Shown piece by piece: positions 1 to 13,394 of a stretch of DNA of 64,000 nucleotides. Under the pieces are notes generated by a model. It made no database searches. It was not told the origin of the DNA and saw only the letters and a list, made by a program, of their open reading frames with translations. The DNA lies in assembly GCA_002269645.1 (NCBI GenBank), contig NIVC01000923.1:10180-74179 (forward strand), in the 5' to 3' direction. Source of the DNA: Macrostomum lignano (taxonomy: Eukaryota). The translations under genes and the position numbers were made by a program. Positions within the stretch are counted from its first letter, which is position 1; each line of letters opens with the position of its first letter.

Positions 1-135
1 CTGGCGACCTCTGCCGGCAGTGGTTTCAACGCGCTGATGGATGCTGTAAACCATCTTTTTTACATTCAGCAACCTTGCAATGTCCTTTGGGTGTTCACCT
101 CTGTTGAGTGCTTTGATCTCAAGCCAATGGCATTC
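1..135 (-). mobile_element. Tc1/mariner-like transposase N-terminal HTH fragment (decayed, runs off the window edge)
   Basis: Minus-strand translation LEIKALNRGEHPKDIARLLNVKKMVYSIHQRVETTAGRGRQ resembles the Tc1 paired-like HTH pattern (I..L...G....DIARLLNV.K.TVY.I..R...T....GRP). No in-frame ATG or TIR identified. Confidence 0.4.
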
Positions 136-3100
136 GTTTGACAGCCCAGCGTATGGTCCACAATTATGAGGCTGATCTTGATCCTCCGTAACAGTTGCAA
201 ATGAAGCTATGGACCAAATTGATGCATGTTGGACCAAGTTAAATGCCGCTGTGCCAGCTTTGCTACCATAGACAAAATCTCCGTTATATTAGCAAACGTA
301 TCTTGGATTAAATTCAATGCGCGCAGGCCCAAATGGGCTGCAAAAAGCTATATTCATAATTTGCTTATTTCACGAAAATCAAACTCAAAAGCACAAGTCA
401 CGCATGCATTCACTTTCCTCTCTGTCCACCAGACTGATTTTAGTGTATGGTATGGTCCTCTCTGCACCATTCTTTACTTCCAACTATGGCAAAAATTACT
501 TAAAAAACAAATTAGTTTTTATTGTCGATGGTTTGTCTGTGTAAAATCTCTACCACGCTGCCACGTTAGACTGCTGACTGCCATGCACCAATTAAATGCA
601 AAAAGGTGATATAGTTAAGACCCTACCTATATGATCAAATACTCTTGTTTGTATCAGGTAAAAAATTTTTAGACAAAATATGTTGTCTAAATGCAAAATA
701 TATGGCCTAATAAAATATTAGAAGCCTTTACCTAATAGATAAGAATATTGAATTAGGCCTACAGGTATTTAGTAAGGTTACCAATTATAGTGAAGTTTAA
801 ATTATTATTATTAACAATTTATGTACTATATATTGACTGCCACTAATACTAAAAGCCTTGCTCTTCTATTACATCTTAGTTAATGATCTTAAAGGGCATT
901 ATAATATAATATAAATTGCATAAAATAATTAATCTAATCCAAATTATCTGACAATGACAATATTTTAAAGCTATGCTAATAGATAAAGATAAATAAATAT
1001 AACAAAAGTATATAAACTAGATAAATAAATCAAGAGCGAAAAATAAAAAAATCACCATTGAGTCTAAAATGATTAATGATAGCTATGCTTAAGTTTGTTG
1101 AAAGTTCACTAAATTTCATTATTCATTCTAGTTAAAAAATCTGAACAGATAAAATTGCTCAAATTTTGCTACAAAGGTCATTTTGTATTATCTGCACATT
1201 TATCTCTACTGTACCGTTCATTATGCATACACATATGCGTGGAGAAATTATTCTGAATGCTGTGTATGCCTTGATTTAAATACTATCGTCCTTATACATG
1301 TATAAAGTTGGTGGGCACGGCTTTTTAGCAAAATAAAAGATAATTCATACCCATAAGTTCACTTAAACATTAAAAGTTTTCAGTTTTTGTTCGATTTGTA
1401 GCAGTGGCAGACGGAGTCCAACTGACTTCTTAAGTCGAATCAGCAATCACATCACATGATCAATTTACAGGGAGTTTTAAACCTTTCAAGATTGTCTGTT
1501 AAAACTGTGAAACGACGCTAAGTTTGCAGCTACAAAACTTATTTTTCTTACAAAATAAAAGAAGAATACTATTATATTGCTATGATACACTTTTTTTAAA
1601 CGTTTTTACCAAAGCAGAAGGATTTTTACCCGCTTCTTTGTTATAAGATCTTAAAACGCGTAATAGTTTCGGTGTATCCGTTCAATCAAGAAAATACATG
1701 AAAAAATGTTGAGTAAATACTTAAATACACACGCGAACATGCATCTCTTGCCAAATTTTCTTTTGTGTTTGCTGCAACTTGATGCTATACAATATATAGA
1801 CAAGCTATGAAACAGCGCTGACACTGTAGTTTACACTGCATGTAGCTCGTATCATTAATTAAGCTATAGCATTATAGAATTGCAATAGTATAATGCAGTC
1901 TATTAACTGGTACTAAAATGTACTCTGCTGCATGCGATTTAATCATAGTTTTCTCTTACAGCCTCAAATATTTTAACTTGTATTGTATTACCTAATAGCA
2001 GAGATTTTAACAAAAGATTTTTGTGCGTCCAGTGTAAAATATACATGGTACACGAAAAGTAGTGTGCAGCGCTATACGCGAGGTACATAACATGTAGTTC
2101 TGATCCTTACATGTTTTTTTTCATTACATGTACGTACATTGCTACCCTTTTAGGGCTTTACAGGTACTGCAAGACAAATTAGTAAAAATAATTACATTTA
2201 TGGATTCCGAAAAATGTTCATGTACACGTACGAGTCGTACATGCAATTGAGCCGAAGCCCGCTAAAAAATACATTATACATGTATGCATACATACCAAAA
2301 AATGTTCCAATTTAGACTTCTTCTTTTGCAGAAATCAGTGAAGGGCCGGTGGAGGGCCGGGCTGTGCTGTATTTTGACGAAAATTCCCTATTTTTTCTGG
2401 CCGTCTTTCCCGTCTCTCCTACGTATCAATCAACTGTCCCGTCTGCATGTTGTATGATGGCGCAAACTAAGTACATAAATTTAGAGGTAATTTATTACAT
2501 GTACATCTCGAGACATCATTGCTATTTTTTCAGTTGGTGCAGATCAGTTTATTTAGCTTATTTTGACCAAAGATATACAATGTAAATTTTGAGCAACATG
2601 TATGCCGCTGGTGTATAAGATGTCGAAGATCGGGTACTACTACGTCGTATAAATTTACAGTTCGATGCGCATGGCACTACTGAAGTATAGTTACGTTCAT
2701 TACTAATTCACAAAATAAGAATTACATGTACGTGTACATGCATCAGTGACACGTACAATGAAAAGGGTTAAGAGCACTTCTATGAAAATTAAATTTATTT
2801 GCCATCAACTGTGTGGACTGCATACATTATATATATACGCATAACAGCAGTAACTATAACAGATTATACACAGTTCTCGCTTTCACAGTCGTTTTGTGTT
2901 ATTGTGTCAAGAAATTGTGTTATTCTGCGCAAATTATTGCAGTATCGAATTCAAGCCGTGCTGCTATACGTGGCATGGCAGGTTCAGAACAGTCTTCAGT
3001 CGCAGGGAAAGTTGAACCCGTGTGAGCGTAGAGGCGAATTGTGCAGCTTTTTAGCCGTCATCTCGGATTTGCTGTGCTGCATGCAGATCGTTTAAACAAA

Positions 3101-5257
3101 TTGCAATCCGCTTTTGAGCTTCGGCTGTTAATTTAAATCACATAACGTAAAATGAAGTTGGTTAAAAACAGCTACTCGTAGCTCACACTATCGATGCAAT
3201 GATGCGGTATGCGTCCGAAATGTGTCCAATGTGTGTCCAGAAGTCTAAAAGCCAGCCGTTTCTTGTACCATGCTAACTGAAACACAGAAGTTAAGTTGCT
3301 ACAGTGTTTTTAAACAAGCCAATAAGGTGTATAGTAATTACAATGAAATCGATAATCAAGAGTAAAATTATCTACTTCGATAGATGCTTCACGTCGTTAC
3401 CATACCGAGCAACCTATGATATTACTTTAAGGAACTTTAAAGCTCCTTCTAATTGATCCTGAAACATAGGATTAATTGAATAAATAGCTAAGTAATTAAT
3501 CACAGATTGCCTGGTGTGAAGCGACGCAAGTTTATAATTACACACGTCAGTTAGGTGTTGCTGTTAGATCCGCAGTCTAAGTGACCTGTCTGCGTCTCTG
3601 CATTCGAAGCCTTGGCTTCGGGCCTGTATATATATATATATATATACTCGAAGTACATACATATACAGCATGTCTTCGCTCTTATTATCACGATTTCGGC
3701 AAACTTACACTTGAAGAAAAAACTACAGTAGAAACTGTACTGCAGGGCTCCCTTCGATATCAGCCAATAGCAATCAAGCTTTCAATGCACGTGAACGAGT
3801 GGTGGTGGGTGCATGGTCGCAGAGCCAAAGGCGCTCACATCTATACACTCCCCCCTCTAATTGCCTCTCTGCACCTCCTCACCGCCCCCCCCCCGTCAAC
3901 AGAAGAGCCGCGCGCTGTGAAACTATACATGCATAATGGATTTGAAGTCTTTGACTTGCTGCGAATTTGTGCGAGAATGGCCCAGTTTCGATACATAAAG
4001 CAGAAATATTCTATTTATGTAGCTATAGCAGAGAGAAATCCTGTACAAAGCTGTGTCAACACTTAATACTATAAGTCTCAACAGTATTTGATGGCGCTTG
4101 CGTTTATTGTAGCCAGTTTCATCCTAAGCAGGGGTTCCTTTTCGTCCGTCTGCGTTACGTTGCGTTGAATTTAGTCTACTTTATACCACCTTATGGTTAA
4201 AAGCCAAGGTGTACAGCAGATTACCTTTGCATCGCGAGTATCACACTACATATGTGTTTTACCAGAGGCTCTCTACATATCAGAATTTTAACTGTAGCTA
4301 TTTGTAATATGAATTCACAATGTATCCGCTAGATTGAATCTACTTTGATACAATCCAATTAGTCACTGTACGATCGTATGCTCGTTACACTAATGGTGTA
4401 ATTACAGACGAATACAAAGTTAAAACCAGCGAAAATCATATAATTTAATTGAGATAACGTTCTCGAAATATATCATCTCAATGCTTGGTAAAATTGGGGT
4501 GCTATTAAGCAATTAAGTAAACAAGTGAGCATCTAGAAGTCCATTGAATGATAGTAAATTTTAACCCATTACTGGGCACCTGATTCCAACCTAAGAGTCG
4601 TAATTAAGGACAATTATTAATATAACTTTGATAAGAATATTGTTAGAACAGCTCGCAATCTTTCTCACTGTAAGCGTACACTATTATGAGTTGGATTGAA
4701 GTTAGCAATTAAGAATGCCATCTTATATAGATAGGGTTGTATGTACATTTTAATTACTCAAAAACTCCAATAGCTCAACTCTGACTAGGAGGAGAGGACG
4801 TCATTATCTCAAAACTTGCTCAGTCCCAGCCGATAAGAATTAATCTATCACGAAAATGGATCTGACTAACTAATTAAGGCGTCAATGCCACACGCAGGTG
4901 TGGCATTGTGTAACCCCATAAAACTGTCTTCATATTATACAGACACGTCTTGGCATATACAGGCCTCTATATGTTTCTCTGTCACCTGCTTCTCTACGAG
5001 CAAGCAGTGACTTTGTATCTCGCACTGTACTTGCCTTGTGCCTGCATGGTGGCCCTGTAATGAAACTGAATTTTTAGGACTTCGTTAAATACATCTGCGG
5101 TATATTGGGGGCCATGTCATCTGGTGGGTAACCTTACTGAGGTTCAATGGGTATCCCGACCTGTTTTCTGAGAAATCTTGGGGGCGTCTCACAGAGGGTA
5201 TTTTTATGGATTCTGCAGTATCTTAGGGGAGCTTCCGGGGTTGCATCTTGGCGAGGT

Positions 5258-5470
5258 CTTGGGGTGGACTCTCAGAGGTATCTTTTGGTGGACTCTAAGG
5301 GGTGTCCTGGGGTGGATTCTCTGGGGTATCTTGGAGTGGACGCTCAGATATCTTAGGGTGGACGCATCTTGGGGTGGACTCTCTGGGTATCTTGGGGTGG
5401 ACTCTCTGGGTATCTTGGGGTGGACTCTCAGGGATATCTTGGGGTGGACTCTGAGAGGTATCTTTGGGGG
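5258..5470. repeat. Degenerate 23-bp G-rich minisatellite (tcttggggtggactctctgggta)
   Basis: About 9 imperfect units read directly; more decayed copies extend to about 5150 and 5700. Confidence 0.8.
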
Positions 5471-7052
5471 AACTGGTGGTGTCCTGGTATGTTTTCCAAG
5501 ATATATTGTGGAGGCTTTCGAGCGTAATTTGTTTTATCCTCTTATTTAGGGTGCACTCTGAGCCTGAGGGTTTCTTGGCGTGTCTCCGATTGGTTATTCT
5601 TCAGGTGCCTTCCTAGGATATCTTGAGAGTATTTTCGGGTTGTATTCCGGGGGTACTTTGGGGTGAATTCTGCGGTGTATTTAGGGGATACATGTACCTG
5701 AGAGTACCCCTAAGCCGAATTCAGAGCGTGTGAGGGCATTCTGTTTATTCGATAGTAATGCCTTGATTGAATAAAACTCAAAGCTAATTTCATTTAGCGA
5801 AAATATTACACGATATAGCTCGTAACCAACTTCGGCGATGTACTTTCAGGTTGTTTCAATTCGATTATAACTTGGACAAATCACATTGGGGCTTAAAATA
5901 TTAAAAATTGTACAATTTAGTTCAAGAAACATACATTTATACACAACAGCGGTAAATAAACTTTTGCTTTTATCCTCGAGAAACAGACGATAACTAATAA
6001 TTTTACACGTTAATATAGAACTTTTACTTCGTGCACACAATACTACTAGCAGAAAAGATCTTTAATAAACTTTTATCGCAATTGATTACGTCATAGACTC
6101 GCTAGGAGATCGGGGGGGGGGCATTGATCAATTTTATTAATGTCAGCATTAAACAGAGCAAGCGGCATGGGACTATACAAAAGAGGGAGACCTTTTGGTT
6201 TAGCCAGCAGAGCAAATTCTAGTTTGACTCTACGCATGGGATTAGAAATCGTCTATGGCTCAATCGTCTATGGCAAAACCTCTTTATTTTAATTCTTTCT
6301 CCTTCGCTTCAACCCCAATTGGATCATCTCGGCTTGGCTATGCCTAACGATAAATAAAGTTAGGGCCGCTGTACACTCCTGTGGGATTGTGCCTGTGCGT
6401 ATGACTGCGTTCGTATCCGCGCGCTTGTGTGCCTGCTCATGGGAGTCACCCTGGTTCTGAAATATCATTTGCCTAAGTTGAGATCAGACGAGAAAGGTGT
6501 CCAATTTGGCTTGCCTACTTATTGAGCCTTCAAAAATTTCTATAGTATGGACATGCCAGTACGTTCTCCGTACTTGCCTTTTAGTCATGGGAACAGGCTT
6601 GGTGCCTATGGTCAAACGACAGGTCACCAACGCTTGCTAAATATGCATCAATAACATATAGCGAATCGAGTAAGCAGAAGGTAATGATGCATTACATAGA
6701 AGCGCTTACAAGCAACTGACAACAAACGTTATTTTGTAAATCGCACAAAAAAATATGAGTTTGAAAAGTACAAACAAACATGGATTAAATCGGGCTACTC
6801 GAGCTGTTTAGGTTGTCTCAGGGTATTTTTTAAAACATAATGAAGCCTTTCCTACTACTGACTAGTCACGGCCTATAGTAGTATAAATAGAAAATTCGTG
6901 TTGATTTTTTATAATTGTATAACAAAACAATGATTTTTTCGAGAAAATTTTTCACTACTTTTTTATCTAAAGCCACGTTTTTAAGTAAGATTCTCCATCT
7001 CAAAAAAATCCTGCAAACAGCTAATTAGAAGCATTTTCTATTGCGATAACTG

Positions 7053-10000
7053 TTACACCTCTTGAGTAGAATGAGTCATCGACTGTGGATCTACTTTGCC
7101 GCCACCATCTGGAGCTTCGTTGCCATCGCGACTTAAAAGAGCGACTGACTGCTGCTGCTGCTGCTGCTGGTGTTGCTGCTGCTGGCGCTGAGACATCTGC
7201 TGGCAGCGGTTGGCAGCTCGCGAGTAGCTATGCACCGTGTGGCCCTTGGCCCTGCCGAGCTTTAGCAGGGCATACTGCTCCGGGTCGGCTTTCACGCAGG
7301 GCAGAAATCGGAATGCCTGCTTGAAGCCGGTGCGAAAACTGCGGGATTCGAAGGATTTTGAGTGGCTGCGCTGGTGCTGGGAGCCTATTTCGAATTCGAG
7401 CTCTCGTGTTTCGGACAGAAACATCACAGAACATTGCAATGCACCAAGTTTTTCAACTTTAGAACTTATGTCACATCTTCAAACAGTTCCCATGAAACGT
7501 CTTTTAGAATCCAACTCACCAACACTCAACAATGCCTCCAACAAACCAACAGCCCACAATGTCTCCAACAGACCAACAGCCCACAATGCCTCTAACAGAC
7601 CAACAGCCTACAATGCCTCCAACAGACCAACAGCCTACAATGCCTCCAACAGACCAACAGCCTACAATGCCTCCAACAGACCAACAGCCTACAATGCCTC
7701 CAACAGACCAACAGCCCACAATGCCTCCAACAGACCAACAGCCCACAATGCCTCTAACAGACCAACAGCCTACAATGCCTCCAACAGACCAACAGCCTAC
7801 AATGCCTCCAACAGACCAACACCCCATCGCTTACTTGTTGTTCATTTTGCAATAAATAAAGGGATTCGGCCAGGTGCTGCAGATGGCCAGAAAGTACAGC
7901 GCGATGAACAGCGCAGCCGAGTTGTTAGAAAAGAAGAAGCTGATCTGGTAGGGCAGCCAACACAGGGCGAAAATGACCACGACCGTGATCATCATGAGGA
8001 CAATCTGGAAAAGAAATAAGTCACTAAATGTAATACTAGCTTTCTGTAGTCAATTGGATTGCTGTGGAGAAAAAAGGAAAAAAAGAACGTCACGTGAACA
8101 AACTAATATTAACTGTTATATTGCCCTTTCAATTCAAGCCGTCAATTATTGCAATTCAATTATGCCGCTTAATTATTTCAGAGAAGTCTTTCAAGGCCAA
8201 TCAACCCAGAACTAGGCTATTTATTTCCCATCAATGAAATTATCGGTTTCGCCCATAATTATTTTTCCGCCAGTTCCATTTCGTTGATTAAACTCCACTT
8301 CTTTCTGAGCTTTCATCCTAATCCGGTTCATGGACTACTAAACACAACTTGTGCTGGTGGAATCGTGCCTCTGCCAATATTTCAGTTGGTTTCATTGCAT
8401 ATAATAATAGCCAGAGTTGCTATTGTACAAATAATCCGGAATCCGGAATCCGAATCCGGGTCTTTCAAGGTCTTTCAGGGTCTTTCAGGGTCTTTCAGGG
8501 TCTTTCAGAGTCTTTCAGGGTCTTTCAGGGTCTTTCAGGGTCTTTCAGGGTCTTTCAGGGTCTTTCAGGGTCTTTCAGGGTCTTTCAGGGTCTTTCAGGG
8601 TCTTTCAGGGTCTTTCAGTGTCTTTCAGGGTCTTTCAGGGTCTTTCAGGGTCTTTCAGGGTCTTTCAGGGTCTTTCAGGGTCTTTCAGGGTCTTTCGGGG
8701 TCTTTCAGGGTCTTTCAGGGTCTTTCAGGGTCTTTCAGAGTCTTTCAGGGTCTTTCAGGGTCTTTCAGGGTCTTTCAGGGTCTTTCAGGGTCTTTCAGAG
8801 TCTTTCAGGGTCTTTCAGGTCTTTCAGGGTCTTTCAGGATCTTTGAGGGTCTTTCAGGGTCTTTCAGGATCTTTCAGGATCTTTCAGGGTCTTTCAAGGT
8901 CTTTCAGGGTCTTTTAGGGTCTTTCAGGGTCTTTCAGGGTCTTTCAGGATCTTTCAGGGTCTTTCAAGGTCTTTCAGGGTCTTTCAGGGTCTTTCAGGGT
9001 CTTTCAGGGTCTTTCAGGGTCTTTCAGTGTCTTTCAGGGTCTTTCAGGGTCTTTCGGGGTCTTTCAGGGTCTGTCAGGGTCTTTCAGGGTCTTTCAGGGT
9101 CTTTCAGGGTCTTTCAGGGTCTTTCAAAACAAAATTTAAATTTATCAGCAAGTGTTTTTTTAAATACACAACAGAGAAAAGAACAATGAGTCAGTTTTAT
9201 TTGAAAAATCCCAGTCCAGATTCTACTGCGCATTAGTGTCCAAGTCGACATCCCATCCACACATTCCAATGCCGCGATGTGAAGCGTCCAATCGTAGAGA
9301 TTTTTTACGTAAATTCCTTTACTTCAGTGCGACACAGCTTGTTCTCACAATTGAAAGCAATCAGTCAAATTAATTCCCCCACCCCTCAAATTTGCCTGAC
9401 GTGTTTTTCGGTGCAACAGTCCTCGTTGAATACAGGAAAATCCCGGAGAAAGAGAACCAAAAATAGAAGGCACTGCTCAGTCCAACTCAGCCCTAACCGT
9501 GCCAGATGGGGAGAGCATATTTTTGAAGATCGAAAAAAATCTCCCGCGTCAACCTGTACCGAATCGACGATTGACGTCTCTGGATTCTTCCCCTTCTTCA
9601 TCGCGGCGCCAGCTTCGTTTTGCTCACCATCTTAGAACATACGCAATATCCCTTGGTTCTTCCGTTGGTTACTCTTCCTTCAATTTCCCCTCTCGTTTCC
9701 TTTCATATACGGCATTGATGTATAACAAGATGTATAATAACCGTGCAGCAACATATGCCAGCGTTTCCCATGAAAGCAGAGCCTCTGGATCCGTCTCCCG
9801 ACCAGCAGTTTCTATTCATCATCATCATTCTACTTGCAAATGAAAGGAAACGAAGTTTCAAATAAGAGACGGAGAAGGTTTAGGGGTGCCGGTCGGTGAA
9901 TAAAAATCGAAGTCGATTGTGTTTGACCAAATTTTGCTTGGACGGTGCGTGGCGAGCCTTGAGTTTGAGATTAGTGAGGGTATCGGTTTGGGCAGGCAGG

Positions 10001-13000
10001 TCATGCTGCTAGTGAAGCGGAAGGGATGCAACAGGGGATCAAGGGATTAAGAGAGGGAGAGAGAGACACTTTTTTGTGTTGGGCAGGAAAATTTCCCTTG
10101 CATTAGGAATGGATTGTCACGAATTACACATGTTTGTCTGGCTTCTGTACCTCTTTCTATTTTGCAGTTTTGTCTTCCATAATGTTTTCCTGTCTGTCTA
10201 TATGCCTGTCTGCCTGTCTGCCCGACTGCAGTCTTCTTCAGTCGATCCAAGCATCAAACGTCAGAGCTAATCAGCTTAATTCTGTCACATCAGAGCTCCG
10301 ATCTGAGTACTTCTTGGGTTTTGAGTAATACACGAACTACTGTGTAACGATCCAGTGTGAAGTTTTGTTACTGAACTACCATGTGCGTCTGAGTTCAATA
10401 AGTTAAACTCAGTAATTTATCGGCTGACCTTTCGCTTAGCCTTGACGGTCTCCTCCTGAGCCTGCGTCTGCTCCCCGATCGGCTGCTGAGTCCACAGACG
10501 AATCCCGATGATGATGTAGGCGATTCCCACCACGATCACTGGTACCAGATACTGCAGAGTCATTAACACGTAATTGTACCTGCAATTTTAGCGAGGAAAG
10601 GGAGGAAAGCATATTGAGTCTGGGGTTACCTCTCAGAATGGGATAAATCGATTTGCTTAAAACTGCCAGAAAAATATATGGGCAGGCTAGAGAGCCACTA
10701 AAAGATTTTTCGGACCCGGTCCAAGACTAAGCTTGGAAACTCGGTTGAGTACTTAAAATCAGGGGGAAACGTTTTATTTTTTTAGCTTCATCATCCTGCT
10801 ATTATCACTTGCCTCTGGTCTTAGAGAACTAAGCAGCTCGAAGGCCTGGTGGCATTTAATCAATTCTTCGCAGCTCAGAAGCGTTAGTTTTCTTTTCTAG
10901 AGAAAGAAGAAGTCTTCTCTTGGCTCTTGGTGTTCGTTTAAAACGGCCCCTAGCTAGCATAAAAACCCCACGGTTAAGCCAGACACGCAACACATTTTAC
11001 GTGCCCTATTTACCATGATTCACTATTTCTGTTTTGGAATTTCGGTCTCGTGATCCCACTTTTCAATAAAAAGTGAAGACTTCCTAGAAGCCTCTGACTA
11101 TTTTATTTAAATTAGAAAAGACATGTTGAACTTCCGAATAGAATCTATAGTTCACGTAGAGAGCCCCTCAGTTAATTTTCCATGTTTTTTTGGCTTGAGT
11201 TTCTAGAATAGTACGCATTGCGGTTAACTTACGCCACAAAGACTTTCGCTGCGATGTTACAATTAGTAAACATCTTTTCATTCACTTGCAGCTCGCTAAA
11301 AATGGCCGGTGGGGCGGCGGTCACCATGCTGAATGCCCAGATAAACGCGATGCTAGCGATGATGGCCAAGCGCTTCGGGCGCGGCCGCAGCGGGTGCATG
11401 ATGACGACGTATCTGTAGAGATGCAAACATAATATTGAATCTAGGAAATTTGATAATAGTTAATTGAATTTGAATATCTTTTCTGATGTTTATAATGTAC
11501 AAATTTTAATCTAGCTTAAATTCATATACTATTATATTCTGATTGTAAATATAGATAAAGTGGTACCTCTCACTAACTCGAGTTTTTACCCCAGTAGTTT
11601 TCTAAGAAAAAATCCATGCAATACTTTTACTCTCCGCTTATGGCTAACTTTGCTTTGCTGTATCTTATTATCTGCTGAAGATTTAAAACAAATTTGCATC
11701 TATAGCAACTATTTAAGAGGCTTGATTACTTCGAATGGAAAATGTGAACAGGAAATCAGACGGAGAATCTCCCACGGCGAGAGATATCTTATTATATTTT
11801 GTTAAAAGCGAGTGTGGCACTTTGGTCAAAAGACGCGTAAAGAACGACAATACAACCTGTTAAGGAAAAGTCAACAGCACTGGAGAGGTCGTGAAGCGAA
11901 GTAAGGGACCGCAAAGTCTGGTGTGCGGTTAAAATATAAAAAAGCTTCATTCAAAGATAAAAATGGCAAAAGCAACGCAAGCGAAGTCTAATCAATCAAT
12001 CAATCAATCAATCAATTAATCAATGGATCAATCAGCCAAGCTCCGGTCTTAGCTCACATAATTTTATACTAACAGACACTGCAGCATACACTGCCCAGTT
12101 AAATTATTGGCTAGAGATGCCAGCTAAATAAGTGAAAGACTGGGAGATGAATCAGAATTTTTCTGCCTTGCTTTCCAGCCTACTGATTCTATCCTTGGGC
12201 ACACGGAGCGATATCCCTGGGGACAAGTTCCCGATGCATAGGCGATGGAGCTGTGAGGAAGGGGGCGGCAGCTGGAGCTGAAGGCGGAACACAGGCTCAC
12301 CCCTTTTTAAATTGCCACTTGACATGCGAGCTAGCGGGAGAGAAAACAAGATCGAGAAAAAAGGGAGCGGGCTAGGAAGGGTGGGGGGGCAAAGAGGATT
12401 TAAGACCCCTCGACAGCCGCCCCCCCCCCCCGGGGAAGAGGCATCTAATCACCGTAATCACTGAGTCAATAAGAAGAGCAGCGAGAGAAAGACAGACCTG
12501 GCAGAGGTTCTCAATCGTAGGACTTCATTTGAGTAGATTGATGGAGCTGAACATAAAGTAAAGAGCTGGCCTGAGTTAATGCGATGAAGATCTGTTGATG
12601 CTTTCATTATTCAGTATAATTTTTTTATCCCTGTTTCTTTGCACTAATATAATGTGAAAAACATTTATTTTTGCAGGCTGATAACTAAAGCTGGGGTGAG
12701 GGTTTCTTCTTAGCCCATTTTTAATGAAACTGCTCAAATCATATTTATGAGAGTCAGTATAACAAATATGAACCGTTGTACTCATAAAATTTTGCCTTGC
12801 ATTTAATTTCGCAGAGAGCCTAAATATACTTAAAATATACTTTCGTAGTAAACCGATTGTAGCCAATAATAAATGACACGTGGAGAGCTAGCAAAAACTA
12901 ATTCAAAGCTAAACATTAAAAACTCACCTCTCAATCGCGATGGCCATGAAGGTGAAGACCGACAGCGAGATCGAAAATGTGGTCATAAAATTGGACACTC

Positions 13001-13289
13001 GGCAGTAAAACAGACCGAATTTCCAATTCTGCTCCAGAGTGTAGATAACGTTGGGCACAACTTGCAGCGTCACGACCATCAGATCCGAGATGCTCAAGTT
13101 GAGCAAGAAAAAGTTAGTAATTATTCGCATCTTTGTGTGGGCCACAATGACCCAGATGACTAATGAATTGCCGACAATTGAGATGCACATAATGGCAAAG
13201 AAGGCCGCCCAAATGAAAGCTCGACTGGCCGTCCCGAAACTATGGACTCCAGTCGGTGTGCCACTTGATGTAGTGTTGTTGTAGCTCAT
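7053..13289 (-). CDS. Tachykinin/neuropeptide receptor-like rhodopsin-family GPCR, 382 aa; CDS complement(join(7053..7338,7835..8004,10429..10579,11233..11412,12928..13289))
   Basis: Motifs GNSLVIW (TM1), NFFLLNLSISD (TM2), YC...AIERY (TM3), QYLVP (TM5), CWLPY (TM6), NPFIY (TM7), FRTGFKQAFRFLPC (helix 8). All four introns are GT-AG with matching phases (2,2,0,2); total 1149 nt = 383 codons. Subfamily assignment is from motif recall only. Confidence 0.92.
7530..7823. repeat. 27-bp minisatellite (caacagaccaacagcctacaatgcctc) in GPCR intron 4
   Basis: About 11 units; begins about 12 nt from the donor at 7834. Confidence 0.95.
8458..9126. repeat. 10-bp satellite (tctttcaggg)n in GPCR intron 3
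   Basis: About 65 near-identical units. Confidence 0.97.
11707..12035 (+). mobile_element. Truncated, decayed RTE-clade non-LTR retrotransposon 3' fragment with (AATC)n tail, antisense in GPCR intron 1
   Basis: NYLRGLITSNGKCEQEIRRRI matches the post-RT motif of RTE LINEs (KYLGS.IT.DG.C..EIRRRI). A short tandem (aatc)n tail at about 11990-12035 is typical of RTE 3' ends. Confidence 0.6.
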
Positions 13290-13394
13290 GCTGATTCTGC
13301 AAACGTTTATCGTCCGGAGTGGGAGCTAATAAGTGAAAATTTGAGACACCTATAGAAAATAGAAAGTATTCGCAAATTGGTTGCAATCAGCTTA

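Noticed and set aside
9693-9853. 14-bp perfect inverted repeat (tcgtttcctttcat) suggesting a MITE
   Set aside because: Low-complexity arms, no TSD and no second copy in the window; compatible with chance.
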